Part shown: positions 9,106 through 19,549 of the stretch, piece by piece
Layout of the letters: each line of letters starts with the position of its first letter
How positions within the stretch are numbered: the stretch's first letter is position 1
Made by a program: the position numbers and the translations under genes
Origin: an uncultured Gammaproteobacteria bacterium
GTDB taxonomy: Bacteria; Patescibacteriota; Microgenomatia; UBA10105; UBA927
Length of the DNA: 64,000 nt
Assembly: GCA_964621305.1 (NCBI GenBank)
Contig: CAZUOM010000003.1
Coordinates: 14,589-78,588 of the forward strand
Reading direction: 5' to 3'
Notes under the pieces: model-generated
Database searches by the model: none
What the model was told of the DNA's origin: nothing
The model's input: the letters and a program-made list of their open reading frames with translations, nothing else

Positions 9106-10788
9106 ATGAAAAATAGTAAACACATTCAGAAAGTTTTTATCGTGTGCATCGTGATCCTTGCAGCAAGTATCCGGCTGTGGCAGTTGGGGAAGGTGCCGCC
9201 TAGTCCGGATTGGGACGAGGCGGCGTTGGGGTACAATGCCTACTCTATTCTAAAAACTGGAAAGGATGAATACGGAACGTTTCTGCCACGCGTGCTTCGT
9301 TCGTTTGACGATTACAAGCCGCCTCTCTATGCGTACTTGGCAATTCCATCGGTTGCAGTCTTTGGCCTTACTGTTTGGTCAGTACGACTCCCATCGGCTA
9401 TTGTCGGTACGCTTGCGGTATTGGGCACGTTTTTTTTGGTGAGAGAACTGTTTTTTAATTTCTCATCTCGACACTCGAAACCCGACACTCGAAACCCGAC
9501 ACTCGCGCTGGTAAGCGCACTCTTGCTTGCCCTCTCTCCCTGGCATATCCAATTCTCCAGGATCGCATTTGAGGCAAACATTGCTATCGGCATCAACATA
9601 TGGGTCCTCTATTTATTCTTTAAGGGGTTACGCGATCGCGGGTGGCTTCTTGTTAGTGCACTGCTCTTTGGCCTTGGCCTCTATGCCTATCATAGCGAAC
9701 GGATCTTTTTACCTCTCTTGGCGTTAACCGTGGCTGTTCTTTATCGGCGTGAATTGTTTATACATCGACGGTCGGTTGCTGCCGCTGTTGTTGTGGGGGT
9801 TTTGGTGGTTGCGCCTCTTGCACCAGTTATCTTTGATCACACGTCTTTTATGCGTCTTAAAGGAACCGGTTCTCTTTCAGATAAAACAGGACTGCTTGCC
9901 AACAGTGCCCGTAAGTTACAGGAAGATCTGGCTAGTGGCGATCGGTTGGGTGCTTTGTTGGAAAATCGGCGCATCGTCTATGCAAAAAAACTTCTAGAGG
10001 GGTACTTGACGCACTACTCGTTTCGGTGGCTGTTTGTTACCGGAGATAACGATCGCCACCATGCGCCAGATAATGCGCTTTTGTACCTCGTGGAGCTCCC
10101 ATTTCTTCTTTTGGGCATGTACGTCGTGTTTATGAAGATAGGCGGTCGTCTTGGTAAACTTCTTGGGGTTTGGTTTCTGATTGCGCCCCTTGCTGCGTCA
10201 CCGACGACGGAAGTACCGCATGCAATTCGCTCCATCGTATTTCTTCCTATTTTTCAGATTTTTACGGCAGTAGGAATTATTGCTGCGATATCAAATATCA
10301 AATATCAAATATCAAATATACATATCAAATATCAAAAATTATTAGCGTACGGGGTCAGCGTGCTTACTATTTTATTTTTGATACTTAATATTTCATATTA
10401 TTTCCACATGTACTTCGGACACCAGAATGGCGAGTTTTCGAAGTTTTGGCAGTACGGTTATGAGCAGGCGGTCGCGTACGCCAAAGCGCATTACGAAGAG
10501 TATCAAAAAATCGTAGTATCGACCAAACTCGAGCAGCCGCACATGTTTTTCCTTTTCTTTCTGCCGTATGACCCGAAAAAGTACCTGGCAGAAGGTGGCA
10601 CCGCATCCGGAGGCTTTGCTGAGGCAAACAATAAGTTTGACAAATTTGAATTTCGGCCAATCCGGTGGGATAAAGAGGAACGCGACGGCACGACGCTTTA
10701 CATCGGAACGTTTAAAGAAATCCATGGAGACCTTCTTGCCGCAATATTTAACGTGGATGGAACGGAGGCTATCCGTATCGCCAAATGA
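9106..10788 (+). CDS. ArnT/PMT-like GT-C membrane glycosyltransferase
   Basis: DWDEAALGYNAYSIL, DDYKPPLY, VRLPSA, SPWH.QFSR.AFEAN, PHAIR. Confidence 0.85.
   Translation: MKNSKHIQKVFIVCIVILAASIRLWQLGKVPPSPDWDEAALGYNAYSILKTGKDEYGTFLPRVLRSFDDYKPPLYAYLAIPSVAVFGLTVWSVRLPSAIVGTLAVLGTFFLVRELFFNFSSRHSKPDTRNPTLALVSALLLALSPWHIQFSRIAFEANIAIGINIWVLYLFFKGLRDRGWLLVSALLFGLGLYAYHSERIFLPLLALTVAVLYRRELFIHRRSVAAAVVVGVLVVAPLAPVIFDHTSFMRLKGTGSLSDKTGLLANSARKLQEDLASGDRLGALLENRRIVYAKKLLEGYLTHYSFRWLFVTGDNDRHHAPDNALLYLVELPFLLLGMYVVFMKIGGRLGKLLGVWFLIAPLAASPTTEVPHAIRSIVFLPIFQIFTAVGIIAAISNIKYQISNIHIKYQKLLAYGVSVLTILFLILNISYYFHMYFGHQNGEFSKFWQYGYEQAVAYAKAHYEEYQKIVVSTKLEQPHMFFLFFLPYDPKKYLAEGGTASGGFAEANNKFDKFEFRPIRWDKEERDGTTLYIGTFKEIHGDLLAAIFNVDGTEAIRIAK
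9467..9505 (+). repeat. Heptamer tandem repeat CTCGACA/CTCGAAA/CCCGACA, in-frame (SRHSKPDTRNPTL)
   Basis: Read directly, 5.5 units. Confidence 0.9.
10288..10335 (+). repeat. (ATATCAA)x4-ATATAC-(ATATCAA)x2, in-frame (ISNIKYQISNIHIKYQ)
   Basis: Read directly. Confidence 0.95.
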
Positions 10789-12347
10789 AGAAATTCATTT
10801 TGCTTATTTTGGTTCTTGCGACATTTTTGCGCACGTATAGGTTGTCCTCGGTCCCGCCGAGCCCTTCGTTGGATGAGGCATCAATCGGTTACAACGCCTA
10901 CTCCATTCTCAAAACTGGCAATGATGAGTACGGCTATCGGTTTCCTATCCTCCTTCGTGCCTACGATGACTGGCGACCGGCAGGCTACGCATATTTGACG
11001 CTACCCTTCGTTGGGTTACTGGGTTTAACAGTCAAAGCAGTACGCTTGCCGTCGGTCATCATGTCTGTCGTGACTATTTGGTTGGTGTATGTGTGGTTTA
11101 GTAAACTGTTTCAAAAACAGAAAGAAGGGGAGGCTATTGCATTGATTGTCGCACTGCTCGTTGCAATTTCACCTTGGCACATTTACCTTTCGCGGCTTGG
11201 TCATGAGGTGAACGCCGGACTGTTTACCGTAGTTCTTGGTGGATACTTCCTTATCAAGTTTTTGGGAGCAAAGCAATCCAAGTGGATTATTGGTGCAGCA
11301 GTGGCGTTTGCGCTTTCGTTCTATACCTACCAAAGCGAGAAATTGGTGGTGCCAATGCTCGTCGTTGCCGCGACGTTGCTCTTTTTCAAAGAGTTTTGGA
11401 AGGTTAAAAAATATACACTCGCCGCAGTAATTGTTGGGTTGGTTATTTCCCTTCCTGCAGTTATCGCATCACTTTCGCCGGAGGGCCTGATCCGCTTACG
11501 CGCTACATCGGTTTTTTCTTCGGCAGCCGACACGAGGTTAGTAACAAAGGTTGGTATTTTAGCATCACAATATCTGACACACTTTTCCCCTGGCTGGCTG
11601 TTTACAGGTGGGGCAGCCGAAAGCCACAAAGTGCCAGGGCTTGGGCCCCTGTGGTTTTGGGAGGCGCCGTTTATTCTTCTGGGCGCTGCAGCATTTTTAA
11701 GAAGTGCGCTTGATCGTCGCATGAAAGCATTTCTTCTGGTCTGGTTTCTGTCTGCTCCTCTTCCTGCAGCCATCAGCAATCAGGTGCCGCATGCTATGCG
11801 CGCATTTACGTTTCTGCCTATCTGGCAGCTCTTTGGTGCATTTGGCCTCGTGACATTTTTTGTTGTAGCCGCCAAAAGAGTTAGAAGAGAGTATCTCTGG
11901 CTTTTAGCAAGTATCGTGATCTCAGTCAGTGTTGGCTATTTTATGAGGCAGTACTTTGACGTTTTTCGACGACAACACTCCTCCTCCTTCCAATACGCGT
12001 TGGCACACTCACTTCAATACTCTATGGAGCGCGATCATAGCTATCGAAGCATTATTGTTTCCAATAGCGCCGCCCTTTACCAATCATACATGTTTTACTT
12101 ATTTTTTAGCGGTTTTGATCCGGCAACGTACCAGCGTTTCGGCGGGACGGTTTCGGGGGGTTACGCGGAGACGCATCGGATTGGAAAATATCTTTTTCGG
12201 CCGATTGATTGGATAAGGGAAAAAATCGTGTGTGGAAATCTTTATCTTGATACTATTGAGACTATTCCTAAAGATCGAGGAGTAACACGCGTTGTGAATA
12301 ACCTGGACGCAGTTCCTGCCATCGGCATAGTTGATCCATGCTTATGA
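10785..12347 (+). CDS. ArnT/PMT-like GT-C membrane glycosyltransferase
   Basis: SLDEASIGYNAYSIL, DDWRP, VRLPS, SPWH..LSR..HEVN, PHAMR. Confidence 0.85.
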   Translation: MKKFILLILVLATFLRTYRLSSVPPSPSLDEASIGYNAYSILKTGNDEYGYRFPILLRAYDDWRPAGYAYLTLPFVGLLGLTVKAVRLPSVIMSVVTIWLVYVWFSKLFQKQKEGEAIALIVALLVAISPWHIYLSRLGHEVNAGLFTVVLGGYFLIKFLGAKQSKWIIGAAVAFALSFYTYQSEKLVVPMLVVAATLLFFKEFWKVKKYTLAAVIVGLVISLPAVIASLSPEGLIRLRATSVFSSAADTRLVTKVGILASQYLTHFSPGWLFTGGAAESHKVPGLGPLWFWEAPFILLGAAAFLRSALDRRMKAFLLVWFLSAPLPAAISNQVPHAMRAFTFLPIWQLFGAFGLVTFFVVAAKRVRREYLWLLASIVISVSVGYFMRQYFDVFRRQHSSSFQYALAHSLQYSMERDHSYRSIIVSNSAALYQSYMFYLFFSGFDPATYQRFGGTVSGGYAETHRIGKYLFRPIDWIREKIVCGNLYLDTIETIPKDRGVTRVVNNLDAVPAIGIVDPCL

Positions 12348-13837
12348 AAGTACTTACTAAATATTTCTGGTGGTTAGGAGGAGCTATATTGGTTCTGGCT
12401 GCACTTCCCCGGGCAATTGAGCTTATCAACCATAACTATCTTTTCGGCTTTGACCAGGGGGAGCACTTTATGGCTGTCAAGCGGATTGTGATAGACGGCA
12501 AGCCCACCCTCATCGGGACAGAAAGCGGCGGCATCGGTGGACTCTTTCAAGGCCCCGGGTGGTACTGGCTCCTTGCGATTCCCTTTGCAGTAAGCCGAGG
12601 TGATCCATACGCAGCAATGGTCCTTATGTTCTTGCTTTCGCTTGTAGTAATACTGCTGCCTATTCTTGCCTTTAAAAAATCACCCGGGGCTATTGTGGCC
12701 ATTCTGGTCGCCTGGGTCCTGGCGCTTTCCCCGGAGCTTACCAAGCACGCCCGGTTCATCTGGCCGCCGTTTGTTATACCGTCGCTCACTTCGTTGGTTC
12801 TGGTCTGCTTGTGGCAGGGAATTAATGGAAAGAAATATTATTTCCCGATGGCAACTTTTTTGGTCGGCAGCATGTACCACTTTGAAGTTGCGACAGCAGC
12901 GACACTTCTCCTTGCCTTGGCTCTTTATGCGCCGCTTGCGTGGCGAAGGCGGATCATAGACGGCAAAATACTTATTGCCGCAGGTTGTTCTGCGCTTTTT
13001 TCTTTTTTGCCCATGCTTTTATTTGATCTGCGGCACGATTTTCTCAATACCAGGGGTATCGTAAATTTATTTGTGTCCAAAAACCTCCCGCCGTTTTCTT
13101 ATGAAAATATCCTCGCCAACCATCGCGAGATTTTTAGCAGAATCGTCTCCCAAACACTTCCCATCCCACCAGAGGCACTAGGAGCGCTCATCCTTCTTAT
13201 GGTTGTGGGTTGGTGTCTGTACTTGCGAAATCAGAGGATTCCCCACACACAGCGCGCGTACGTATTTTTTCTTGGTACATTTCCGGTGGCGCTATTTGCT
13301 GTTTTTTTGTTCTATCGAAATCACCTGTGGGAGTGGTGGCTCTATGACGTAAGTGTTATTTTGAGTTTTCTCGTCGGTTTCCTGCTCGCCTTTTGGTTAC
13401 GGGAAAAACGTTGGATATGGGCGGCAGTAGCCGTACTCCTTCTGTTTTTTTCCACCTACGCCAAGAAGACGGCTGAGTTCTACTCCTATGACATCCGCGA
13501 TTACGGTGGGGTCCACAAAATAAAGGGAAAACTTGCCGCTTTGGACACAATCTATCAAGATGCAGGGAGCATACCGTTCGGTTTGTTGGTTTTTACCCCG
13601 CCGATTTATACCTGGGCATATGATTACCTCACCTGGTGGTACGGGCAACGGAAGTATCAGTATGTACCATATCAAGATAAGCGCGGGACCGTGTATCTCC
13701 TGATCGAGCCGGACAACGAGAAACCCTGGCGTCACCAGGGGTGGCTTGAGACGGTTATCAAAGACGGAGAAGTTATCTGGACCAAGGAACTGCCGAGCGG
13801 TTTCATTCTCGAAAAGAGAGTGTTTCCCTCAACATGA
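12344..13837 (+). CDS. ArnT-like GT-C membrane glycosyltransferase
   Basis: FGFDQG, PTLIG, QGPGWYW, FDLRHDF motifs, polytopic. ATGA coupling at 12344. Confidence 0.75.
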   Translation: MKVLTKYFWWLGGAILVLAALPRAIELINHNYLFGFDQGEHFMAVKRIVIDGKPTLIGTESGGIGGLFQGPGWYWLLAIPFAVSRGDPYAAMVLMFLLSLVVILLPILAFKKSPGAIVAILVAWVLALSPELTKHARFIWPPFVIPSLTSLVLVCLWQGINGKKYYFPMATFLVGSMYHFEVATAATLLLALALYAPLAWRRRIIDGKILIAAGCSALFSFLPMLLFDLRHDFLNTRGIVNLFVSKNLPPFSYENILANHREIFSRIVSQTLPIPPEALGALILLMVVGWCLYLRNQRIPHTQRAYVFFLGTFPVALFAVFLFYRNHLWEWWLYDVSVILSFLVGFLLAFWLREKRWIWAAVAVLLLFFSTYAKKTAEFYSYDIRDYGGVHKIKGKLAALDTIYQDAGSIPFGLLVFTPPIYTWAYDYLTWWYGQRKYQYVPYQDKRGTVYLLIEPDNEKPWRHQGWLETVIKDGEVIWTKELPSGFILEKRVFPST

Positions 13838-15480
13838 AAAAACTTATTTGGGTTGTTTTGTTTTTGCTGACCTTGGTGCCCATCCTGAATCTTGCGCATC
13901 CAGGCCTGCCCCTCACACATGACGGTCAGGATCACGTGGCTCGGATTGCCAACTTTTACCAGTCAATTTTGGAGGGCAACGCAATCCCGCGTTGGGCGGG
14001 GAATCTCAATTGGGGATACGGACACCCGATTTTGATGTTTCTTTATCCGTTTCCTTCCTACGTTGCCTCGTTTTTTCATTGGATTGGATTTTCTTTGGTT
14101 GACGCGACTAAGTTGGTTTTTGGATTGAGTTTTGTTGCGAGCGTGTTGGCGATGTACCTGTGGTTATCGTGCTGGTATGGTAGAGCTCCCGCGTTTGTTG
14201 GCGCCGCCCTCTATGGTTTTGCACCCTACCGGTTTGTTGATCTCTCTGTGCGTGGGGCGATAGGCGAGCATGTAGCATTCGTTTTTCCGCCGCTCATTTG
14301 TTGGGGATTGCACCTGTTGGCCCGCAGAGAACGACCCTTTCGCTCAGCCCTTCTTGTATCTTTGGGAACCGCGGGATTGCTTCTTTCCCATAACGCATTA
14401 AGCGTGATGTTTCTGCCGTTCGTTGTTCTCTACTTCGTCTACCTCGGTTTCTTTGGAGCAAAGAACCGTCTGCAGTTTTTTATGCTTGGTTCTTGGTACT
14501 TAGTTCTTGGCTTTTTGCTCGCTGCATTTTTTTGGGCTCCTGCTTTTTTTGAGGGCAAATATACCCTGCGAGATATTGTCACCAAAGGTGAGTACGCCAC
14601 TCGCTTTGTTTCTTGGCAGTGGTTTCTTTCTTCAACTTGGAATTATGGTGGGGGCGATGAGTTTAGCAAAGAACTAGGGCTTCTTCAGTGGTTGGGTGTG
14701 GTTGGGTCAGTACTCGTTTTTTTCAAAACAAAAGAGAAAAAATTTCGTGTCGCAATAGTAAGCTTGCTGACTCTGTTTTTCTTCTTGCTGTTTCTTATGA
14801 CAAGTTATGCAAGGGTCATCTGGGATAGCATCACCATTCTCCAGAAATTTCAGTTCCCCTGGCGGCTTTTGAGTGTTTCTGTTTTTCTTTCTTCCATATT
14901 GGGGACAATCGTAATCTCCAAACTACCAAAACAATTCGCTTTATTTACGTGCTTTTTTGTTCCATTGACGTTATTGGTTACGACCAACACTATGTGGGGT
15001 CCGAAAGACTATCTTGTAAAACCTGAATCGTTTTACACGGGGGTCTACCCTGGTACTACCGATACCGGCGAAAGCAGCCCCATCTGGTCAGTGCGGTTTA
15101 TGGAACAAGAAGCGAAAGCACCCTACGAGGTCATCGAAGGCGAGGCAGCAATTGCCCAGATCTCTCGCAGTACGACTAAGCACGTCTTTTCTGTCGATGC
15201 AAAAAAGAAATCCAGAATTGTTGATAATACACTCTACTTTCCCGGATGGACAGTGCTAGTCGACGGGAAAACGCTACCTCCATTGGACATCTGGTTCCAG
15301 GACCCCCAGTATCGGGGACTTATTAACTTTTGGCTAGAGAAGGGGAAGCACACGGTTACACTCGAATTTCGGGAAACGAAACTGCGCCGTTTTGCAGATA
15401 GCGTAAGCGTATTCGGGTTGCTCCTCCTCGTTGGGACTGTTACCATTGGGAAACCTTGGGTATGGCTAAAATCTCGGTAG
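13834..15480 (+). CDS. PTPS-related GT-C membrane protein
   Basis: THDGQDHVAR, PRWAGNLNWGYG, RGAIGE, SHN, QFPWRLL, YFPGW. Confidence 0.8.
   Translation: MKKLIWVVLFLLTLVPILNLAHPGLPLTHDGQDHVARIANFYQSILEGNAIPRWAGNLNWGYGHPILMFLYPFPSYVASFFHWIGFSLVDATKLVFGLSFVASVLAMYLWLSCWYGRAPAFVGAALYGFAPYRFVDLSVRGAIGEHVAFVFPPLICWGLHLLARRERPFRSALLVSLGTAGLLLSHNALSVMFLPFVVLYFVYLGFFGAKNRLQFFMLGSWYLVLGFLLAAFFWAPAFFEGKYTLRDIVTKGEYATRFVSWQWFLSSTWNYGGGDEFSKELGLLQWLGVVGSVLVFFKTKEKKFRVAIVSLLTLFFFLLFLMTSYARVIWDSITILQKFQFPWRLLSVSVFLSSILGTIVISKLPKQFALFTCFFVPLTLLVTTNTMWGPKDYLVKPESFYTGVYPGTTDTGESSPIWSVRFMEQEAKAPYEVIEGEAAIAQISRSTTKHVFSVDAKKKSRIVDNTLYFPGWTVLVDGKTLPPLDIWFQDPQYRGLINFWLEKGKHTVTLEFRETKLRRFADSVSVFGLLLLVGTVTIGKPWVWLKSR
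14485..14510 (+). repeat. Heptamer tandem repeat CTTGGTT/CTTGGTA/CTTAGTT/CTTGG (LGSWYLVLG)
   Basis: Read directly. Confidence 0.75.
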
Positions 15481-16241
15481 CAATCGCTACATACAACGAA
15501 GAGCAAAATATACGAGCGTGTTTGGATTCGGTACGCTCTTGGGTAGATGAGATCGTTGTGGTTGATGGTGAGTCGACGGATAAAACCGTGGAGATTGCAA
15601 AACGATATAAAGCGAAAGTCATCGCTAGCGATAATCCACCGATTTTTCATATTAATAAACAAAAAGCCGTTGACACATGCACTGGGGACTGGATTTTTCA
15701 ACTCGACGCCGACGAAGTCGTGACTCTAGAGCTTGCAAATGAAATTCAAGAAATTGTTTCTAACACTCGACACTCGACACTCGACACTCGACGCAACGGT
15801 CATTATGTTCCACGTAAAAACTTTTTTCTCGGCCACTGGCTGAGAAAGGGCGGGCAGTATCCTGACTACGTCATACGTTTATTTCGGCGGGGGAAGGGAA
15901 AATTTCCGAGTAAAAGCGTGCATGAACAAATCGAAATTGACGGCAATGTCGGTTATCTTAAAAATCCATTATTACATTACACATCTAGAACACTCGGCGA
16001 TTACTGGAAAAAGGCACGTGCCTATACTTCGTTGGAGGCCCAGGAGTTTAAACAAAGCGAGCTTGCTTTGAATATTTTTACATACGTTGAGTACAATCTA
16101 TTGAAACCGACCATGACATTACTCAGTCTATTTCTGCGCCACAAAGGATTCCTCGATGGTATCTACGGCTTTCTCTTTTCCCTCTTTTCCGCTCTTCATC
16201 ATCCAATCGCATTTTGGAAAAACGCAACGATGCAAAAATAA
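15462..16241 (+). CDS. GT2 glycosyltransferase (WaaE/KdtX-like)
   Basis: ISV.IATYNEE, VVDGESTD, LDADE, YPDY..RLF, VHE. Confidence 0.9.
   Translation: MAKISVAIATYNEEQNIRACLDSVRSWVDEIVVVDGESTDKTVEIAKRYKAKVIASDNPPIFHINKQKAVDTCTGDWIFQLDADEVVTLELANEIQEIVSNTRHSTLDTRRNGHYVPRKNFFLGHWLRKGGQYPDYVIRLFRRGKGKFPSKSVHEQIEIDGNVGYLKNPLLHYTSRTLGDYWKKARAYTSLEAQEFKQSELALNIFTYVEYNLLKPTMTLLSLFLRHKGFLDGIYGFLFSLFSALHHPIAFWKNATMQK
15763..15792 (+). repeat. Perfect heptamer tandem repeat (ACACTCG)x4, in-frame (TRHSTLDTR)
   Basis: Read directly; same unit family as 9467-9505. Confidence 0.95.
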
Positions 16242-16272
16242 ATTCGCTCTACTTTTTTAATATTGATGAGGC

Positions 16273-16806
16273 ATGGGAAAATATTATTTCATTCTGCTTA
16301 TGGCGGTCATTTTTTTAAGCAATACTCACACTTCATTTGCAGAGTATGTTTTGCCATATCCGTCGTATATGCCGGGAAATAAGGTGTATAAAATTTCAAG
16401 ACTGGTTGGCGAGTTAAAGAAATATTGGTACTGGGGGTCGATTGCGAGTTTTAAATATCATCTTGGTCTTTCTGACAAATACTTGGTAGAAGCCAAGACG
16501 CTTTTTGAATACAAACAATATCTTTTGGCAAGGGATGCGCTCGCGCGCTCCAATGAAAACTTCCGAGAGCTTCCTCAATACCTTATCCGGGCAAAAAACG
16601 AAGGAAAGGATATGCGAATATTTAATCAACAAATTCAAAAGGCGGCTGCAGCGCATATGGGGGTCATCGATGGGTTGGCACGACTTGTGCCAAAAACATT
16701 TAACTGGAGGGAGGAAAAAAAGCAACCGGTAGAGCTTGGCCTCCAGCAGCTTTTGACTGAGACAAACAAGCTTCGCCAGAGCGTTGCTTTGGAGATGAGA
16801 AAGTGA
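16273..16806 (+). CDS. Secreted DUF5667-like helical protein
   Basis: Signal peptide then Y.LPYP..MPG...YK...DK.LVEA pattern typical of DUF5667. Confidence 0.6.
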   Translation: MGKYYFILLMAVIFLSNTHTSFAEYVLPYPSYMPGNKVYKISRLVGELKKYWYWGSIASFKYHLGLSDKYLVEAKTLFEYKQYLLARDALARSNENFRELPQYLIRAKNEGKDMRIFNQQIQKAAAAHMGVIDGLARLVPKTFNWREEKKQPVELGLQQLLTETNKLRQSVALEMRK

Positions 16807-16812
16807 GAAGGT

Positions 16813-17931
16813 ATGAGATTTCTTTTTCCGGCGTATGTGGTTCTGTCGGTAATATTCGCTTTCTACTCGTATGCCTTTGTTGATCCCAATGTAAGCTTAA
16901 GCACCCACACATGGTATTTGGCCATTCATAGCCCTCTTTCGCGTTTACTCTACGAAGAGCGACCGTTGAACGGTATATTACTTGTGGCCTTTTTCAGTCT
17001 CTGGTGGATCTTCTATGGTTTTTCACTCCGGTGGTTGTCGCGACTAACCAACGGTACGCTATTCCGTCGAACAATTCTTGCCGTTGCCGCCATCCTTCTT
17101 TTTTCCTTCCCGGCATTTTCCTATGATCTTTTCAACTATATCACCACTGCCAAAGTGACGTTTTTCTGGAAAGAGAATCCCTACGTAGTCATGCCCATTG
17201 AAATACCCAACGAGCCCAATCTTGCTTTCACGCGGGCCGCCAACAAGCTTGCTCTTTACGGACCCACGTGGATTGTTGCGTCGTTTTTTCCTTCCCTTGC
17301 CGGATTTGGAAATATTTGGCTTTCGCTAATTGCTTTTAAATCGTTCGTGGTAGCCTTTTACGGCTTGATGTTATGGCTTATTTTTCGCCTTACCAATCAT
17401 TGGTGGAACGTCGTTTTTTTTGGACTCAATCCACTCGTCTTATCCGAAGTCCTCGTCAATGGTCACAACGACATAGTCATGATGGTTTTGGCAGTTGGAG
17501 GACTGGTGCTGGCGAAAGATGAACAGGCTAGGAATCGGTTTTTCGGATATGCATTGTTTCTTGCTTCGGTTTTTGTCAAGGCAGCCACGATAGTGCTTGT
17601 CCCACTATTCTTTGTCCGCATGCCGATTGAGAAGGTATGGCGAGTTGGGTTTTTCCTTATGTTGGGTATATTTCTGCTTACTCCTTTTCGCGAGGAACTC
17701 TACCCCTGGTACGCTGTGTGGTTCTTGACCTTTGCTGCACTTCTGCCAAAAGGAAAAGCGCCACTCATCCATGGGATCGCAATTGCACTCTCTCTGGGGT
17801 TGGTTTTTCGTCATCTCCCGTACGTCATCACGCGCGAGTACGGGGGAACGGGTCCTTTTTGGCGAATAATAATCACATTAGTACCCGCTGCTTTATATGT
17901 TGTCTGGAAGGGGCTTAAAAAATATGTTTAA
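16813..17931 (+). CDS. MptA/GT87-like polyprenol-phosphate-sugar-dependent glycosyltransferase (GT-C)
   Basis: FSYDLFNY, ENPY, YGP.W, LNPL, GHNDIVM, YPWY. Confidence 0.8.
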   Translation: MRFLFPAYVVLSVIFAFYSYAFVDPNVSLSTHTWYLAIHSPLSRLLYEERPLNGILLVAFFSLWWIFYGFSLRWLSRLTNGTLFRRTILAVAAILLFSFPAFSYDLFNYITTAKVTFFWKENPYVVMPIEIPNEPNLAFTRAANKLALYGPTWIVASFFPSLAGFGNIWLSLIAFKSFVVAFYGLMLWLIFRLTNHWWNVVFFGLNPLVLSEVLVNGHNDIVMMVLAVGGLVLAKDEQARNRFFGYALFLASVFVKAATIVLVPLFFVRMPIEKVWRVGFFLMLGIFLLTPFREELYPWYAVWFLTFAALLPKGKAPLIHGIAIALSLGLVFRHLPYVITREYGGTGPFWRIIITLVPAALYVVWKGLKKYV

Positions 17932-19549
17932 GTGGCTTCTGGTGGCATTATTGCCCGCGATATTTGCCGCGCGGGCCCTACTTGCGCCGGGATTCATTCC
18001 TACTCACGACGGAGAATATCACCTTATCCGTTTCCACGAATTTGAAACCATGCTCAAAAGTGGTTCGCTGTTTCCCCGTTGGGCGCCGAATCTTAACAGC
18101 GGGTATGGCGTGCCGCTGTTTAACTTCCACTACCCGTTTCCAAACTACTTCGGTTCACTCTTTCACTTTTTAGGGGCGAGTTTGGCTGATTCGGTAAAAC
18201 TTGTCCTTGTCACGGGTTACTTGACTGCGGTGGCTTTTTGTTTCCTTTGGCTGTCGGCGCTGTTTAAGAGGAGGGTAGCAGCCATTGGTACGATTGTGTT
18301 TTCGCTCGTTCCCTACTGGTTTGTTGATCTCTATGTTCGTGGCGTTGTCGGGGAAGTTTTAGCACTTGCTTGGGTGATGCTTGCCTTTGCATGTATCGAA
18401 CGCGGGTGGAAAGTAGGCGTTGCAGTTTCTATCGGGCTCCTTATCGCTAGTCACAATATCATGGCAATTTTATTTCTTCCAATATTATTTTTGTATCTGA
18501 TCGCGCGTCGTCGGTCTGCGATTGTCGCATTCTTTGTCGGCATTGGGCTTGCATCTTATTTTTGGATTCCTGCGCTTTTGGAGCGGGACTACGTTGTTGG
18601 ACTTAATTCTGTCAATTTCCGTGACCATTTTCCGGCTCTGACCCAGACCCTTTTTCCCTCCTGGGGGACCGGTTTTTCTCAACCAGGGCAAAACGCAGAC
18701 GAAATGTCGTTTCAGATCGGTGTCGTACCGTTAATGGTGTTGTTTGCGTCTTTGATTTTGTTTCTAAAGCATATGAAAAACGTACTGGCTTTATTTTTTC
18801 TTTTTATTTGCGGAGTTGGGTTTTTATTGATGCAGGAAACATCGCTTTGGATATGGGAATTTTTGTCGTTTTTGCAATACGTTCAATATCCCTGGCGGCT
18901 GTTATCTGTCTTTCTGCCGGGAGCGGCGTACCTCACAGGGTATCTGGTTATGAAGAAAGGCTTGTTCGTCGGAGCAACACTCGTGCTGGTTGCGGTTGTG
19001 GTGACAGTTCCCTACATCCGACCTGTTACCTACGAGCCGCGTTCAGACGTTTACTACCTCTCCCGGCCGAATTTTACCGACGGCACATCGTCTCTCGGGA
19101 ATACGTTTTCTACTCGATGGAGCCAGTGGAAGGGCAAAAGACCGAGAAACAAAGTTGAAGTTGTCAATGGAGAAGCTAGAGCAACCATATTGACAACTTC
19201 ATCCATCCGCTATAAGTTTTTACTTCAGGCGAAATCTGAAAGTCGCATCCGTGTTAACACACTGTATTACCCTGGCTGGAAGGTGTGGGTCGATGGTGAG
19301 CTCGTGCCGATTGACTACCAAAATGATGGGACCATCACCTTCCCCATCACTGTCGGAGAAAATAAGGTAACGGTTAGTTTCGCAGAGACACCTTTGCGAA
19401 AAGCCGCGGATGTTCTTTCATTGGCGAGTTTGTTATGGCTGATTTTTTCGGTTATACTCGATATTAATGCGCGTCGCCATCGACATCTCCCCACTTTCAA
19501 GCAACCACAAGGTTCGTGGTACCGGATTTTATACAAGAAATTTAATTGA
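17924..19549 (+). CDS. PTPS-related GT-C membrane protein
   Basis: THDGEYHLIR, PRWAPNLNSGYG, RG..GE, SHN, QYPWRLL, YYPGW. Confidence 0.8.
   Translation: MFKWLLVALLPAIFAARALLAPGFIPTHDGEYHLIRFHEFETMLKSGSLFPRWAPNLNSGYGVPLFNFHYPFPNYFGSLFHFLGASLADSVKLVLVTGYLTAVAFCFLWLSALFKRRVAAIGTIVFSLVPYWFVDLYVRGVVGEVLALAWVMLAFACIERGWKVGVAVSIGLLIASHNIMAILFLPILFLYLIARRRSAIVAFFVGIGLASYFWIPALLERDYVVGLNSVNFRDHFPALTQTLFPSWGTGFSQPGQNADEMSFQIGVVPLMVLFASLILFLKHMKNVLALFFLFICGVGFLLMQETSLWIWEFLSFLQYVQYPWRLLSVFLPGAAYLTGYLVMKKGLFVGATLVLVAVVVTVPYIRPVTYEPRSDVYYLSRPNFTDGTSSLGNTFSTRWSQWKGKRPRNKVEVVNGEARATILTTSSIRYKFLLQAKSESRIRVNTLYYPGWKVWVDGELVPIDYQNDGTITFPITVGENKVTVSFAETPLRKAADVLSLASLLWLIFSVILDINARRHRHLPTFKQPQGSWYRILYKKFN

Noticed and set aside
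7780-9437. Poly-T(8) runs as phase-variation tracts
   Set aside because: Explained by Phe codons in TM helices and common throughout these membrane genes.
19467-19549. 83-nt overlap between 17924..19549 and the GT4 gene as a dual-coding signal
   Set aside because: Most simply a non-conserved C-terminal run-on beyond the terminal TM helix.
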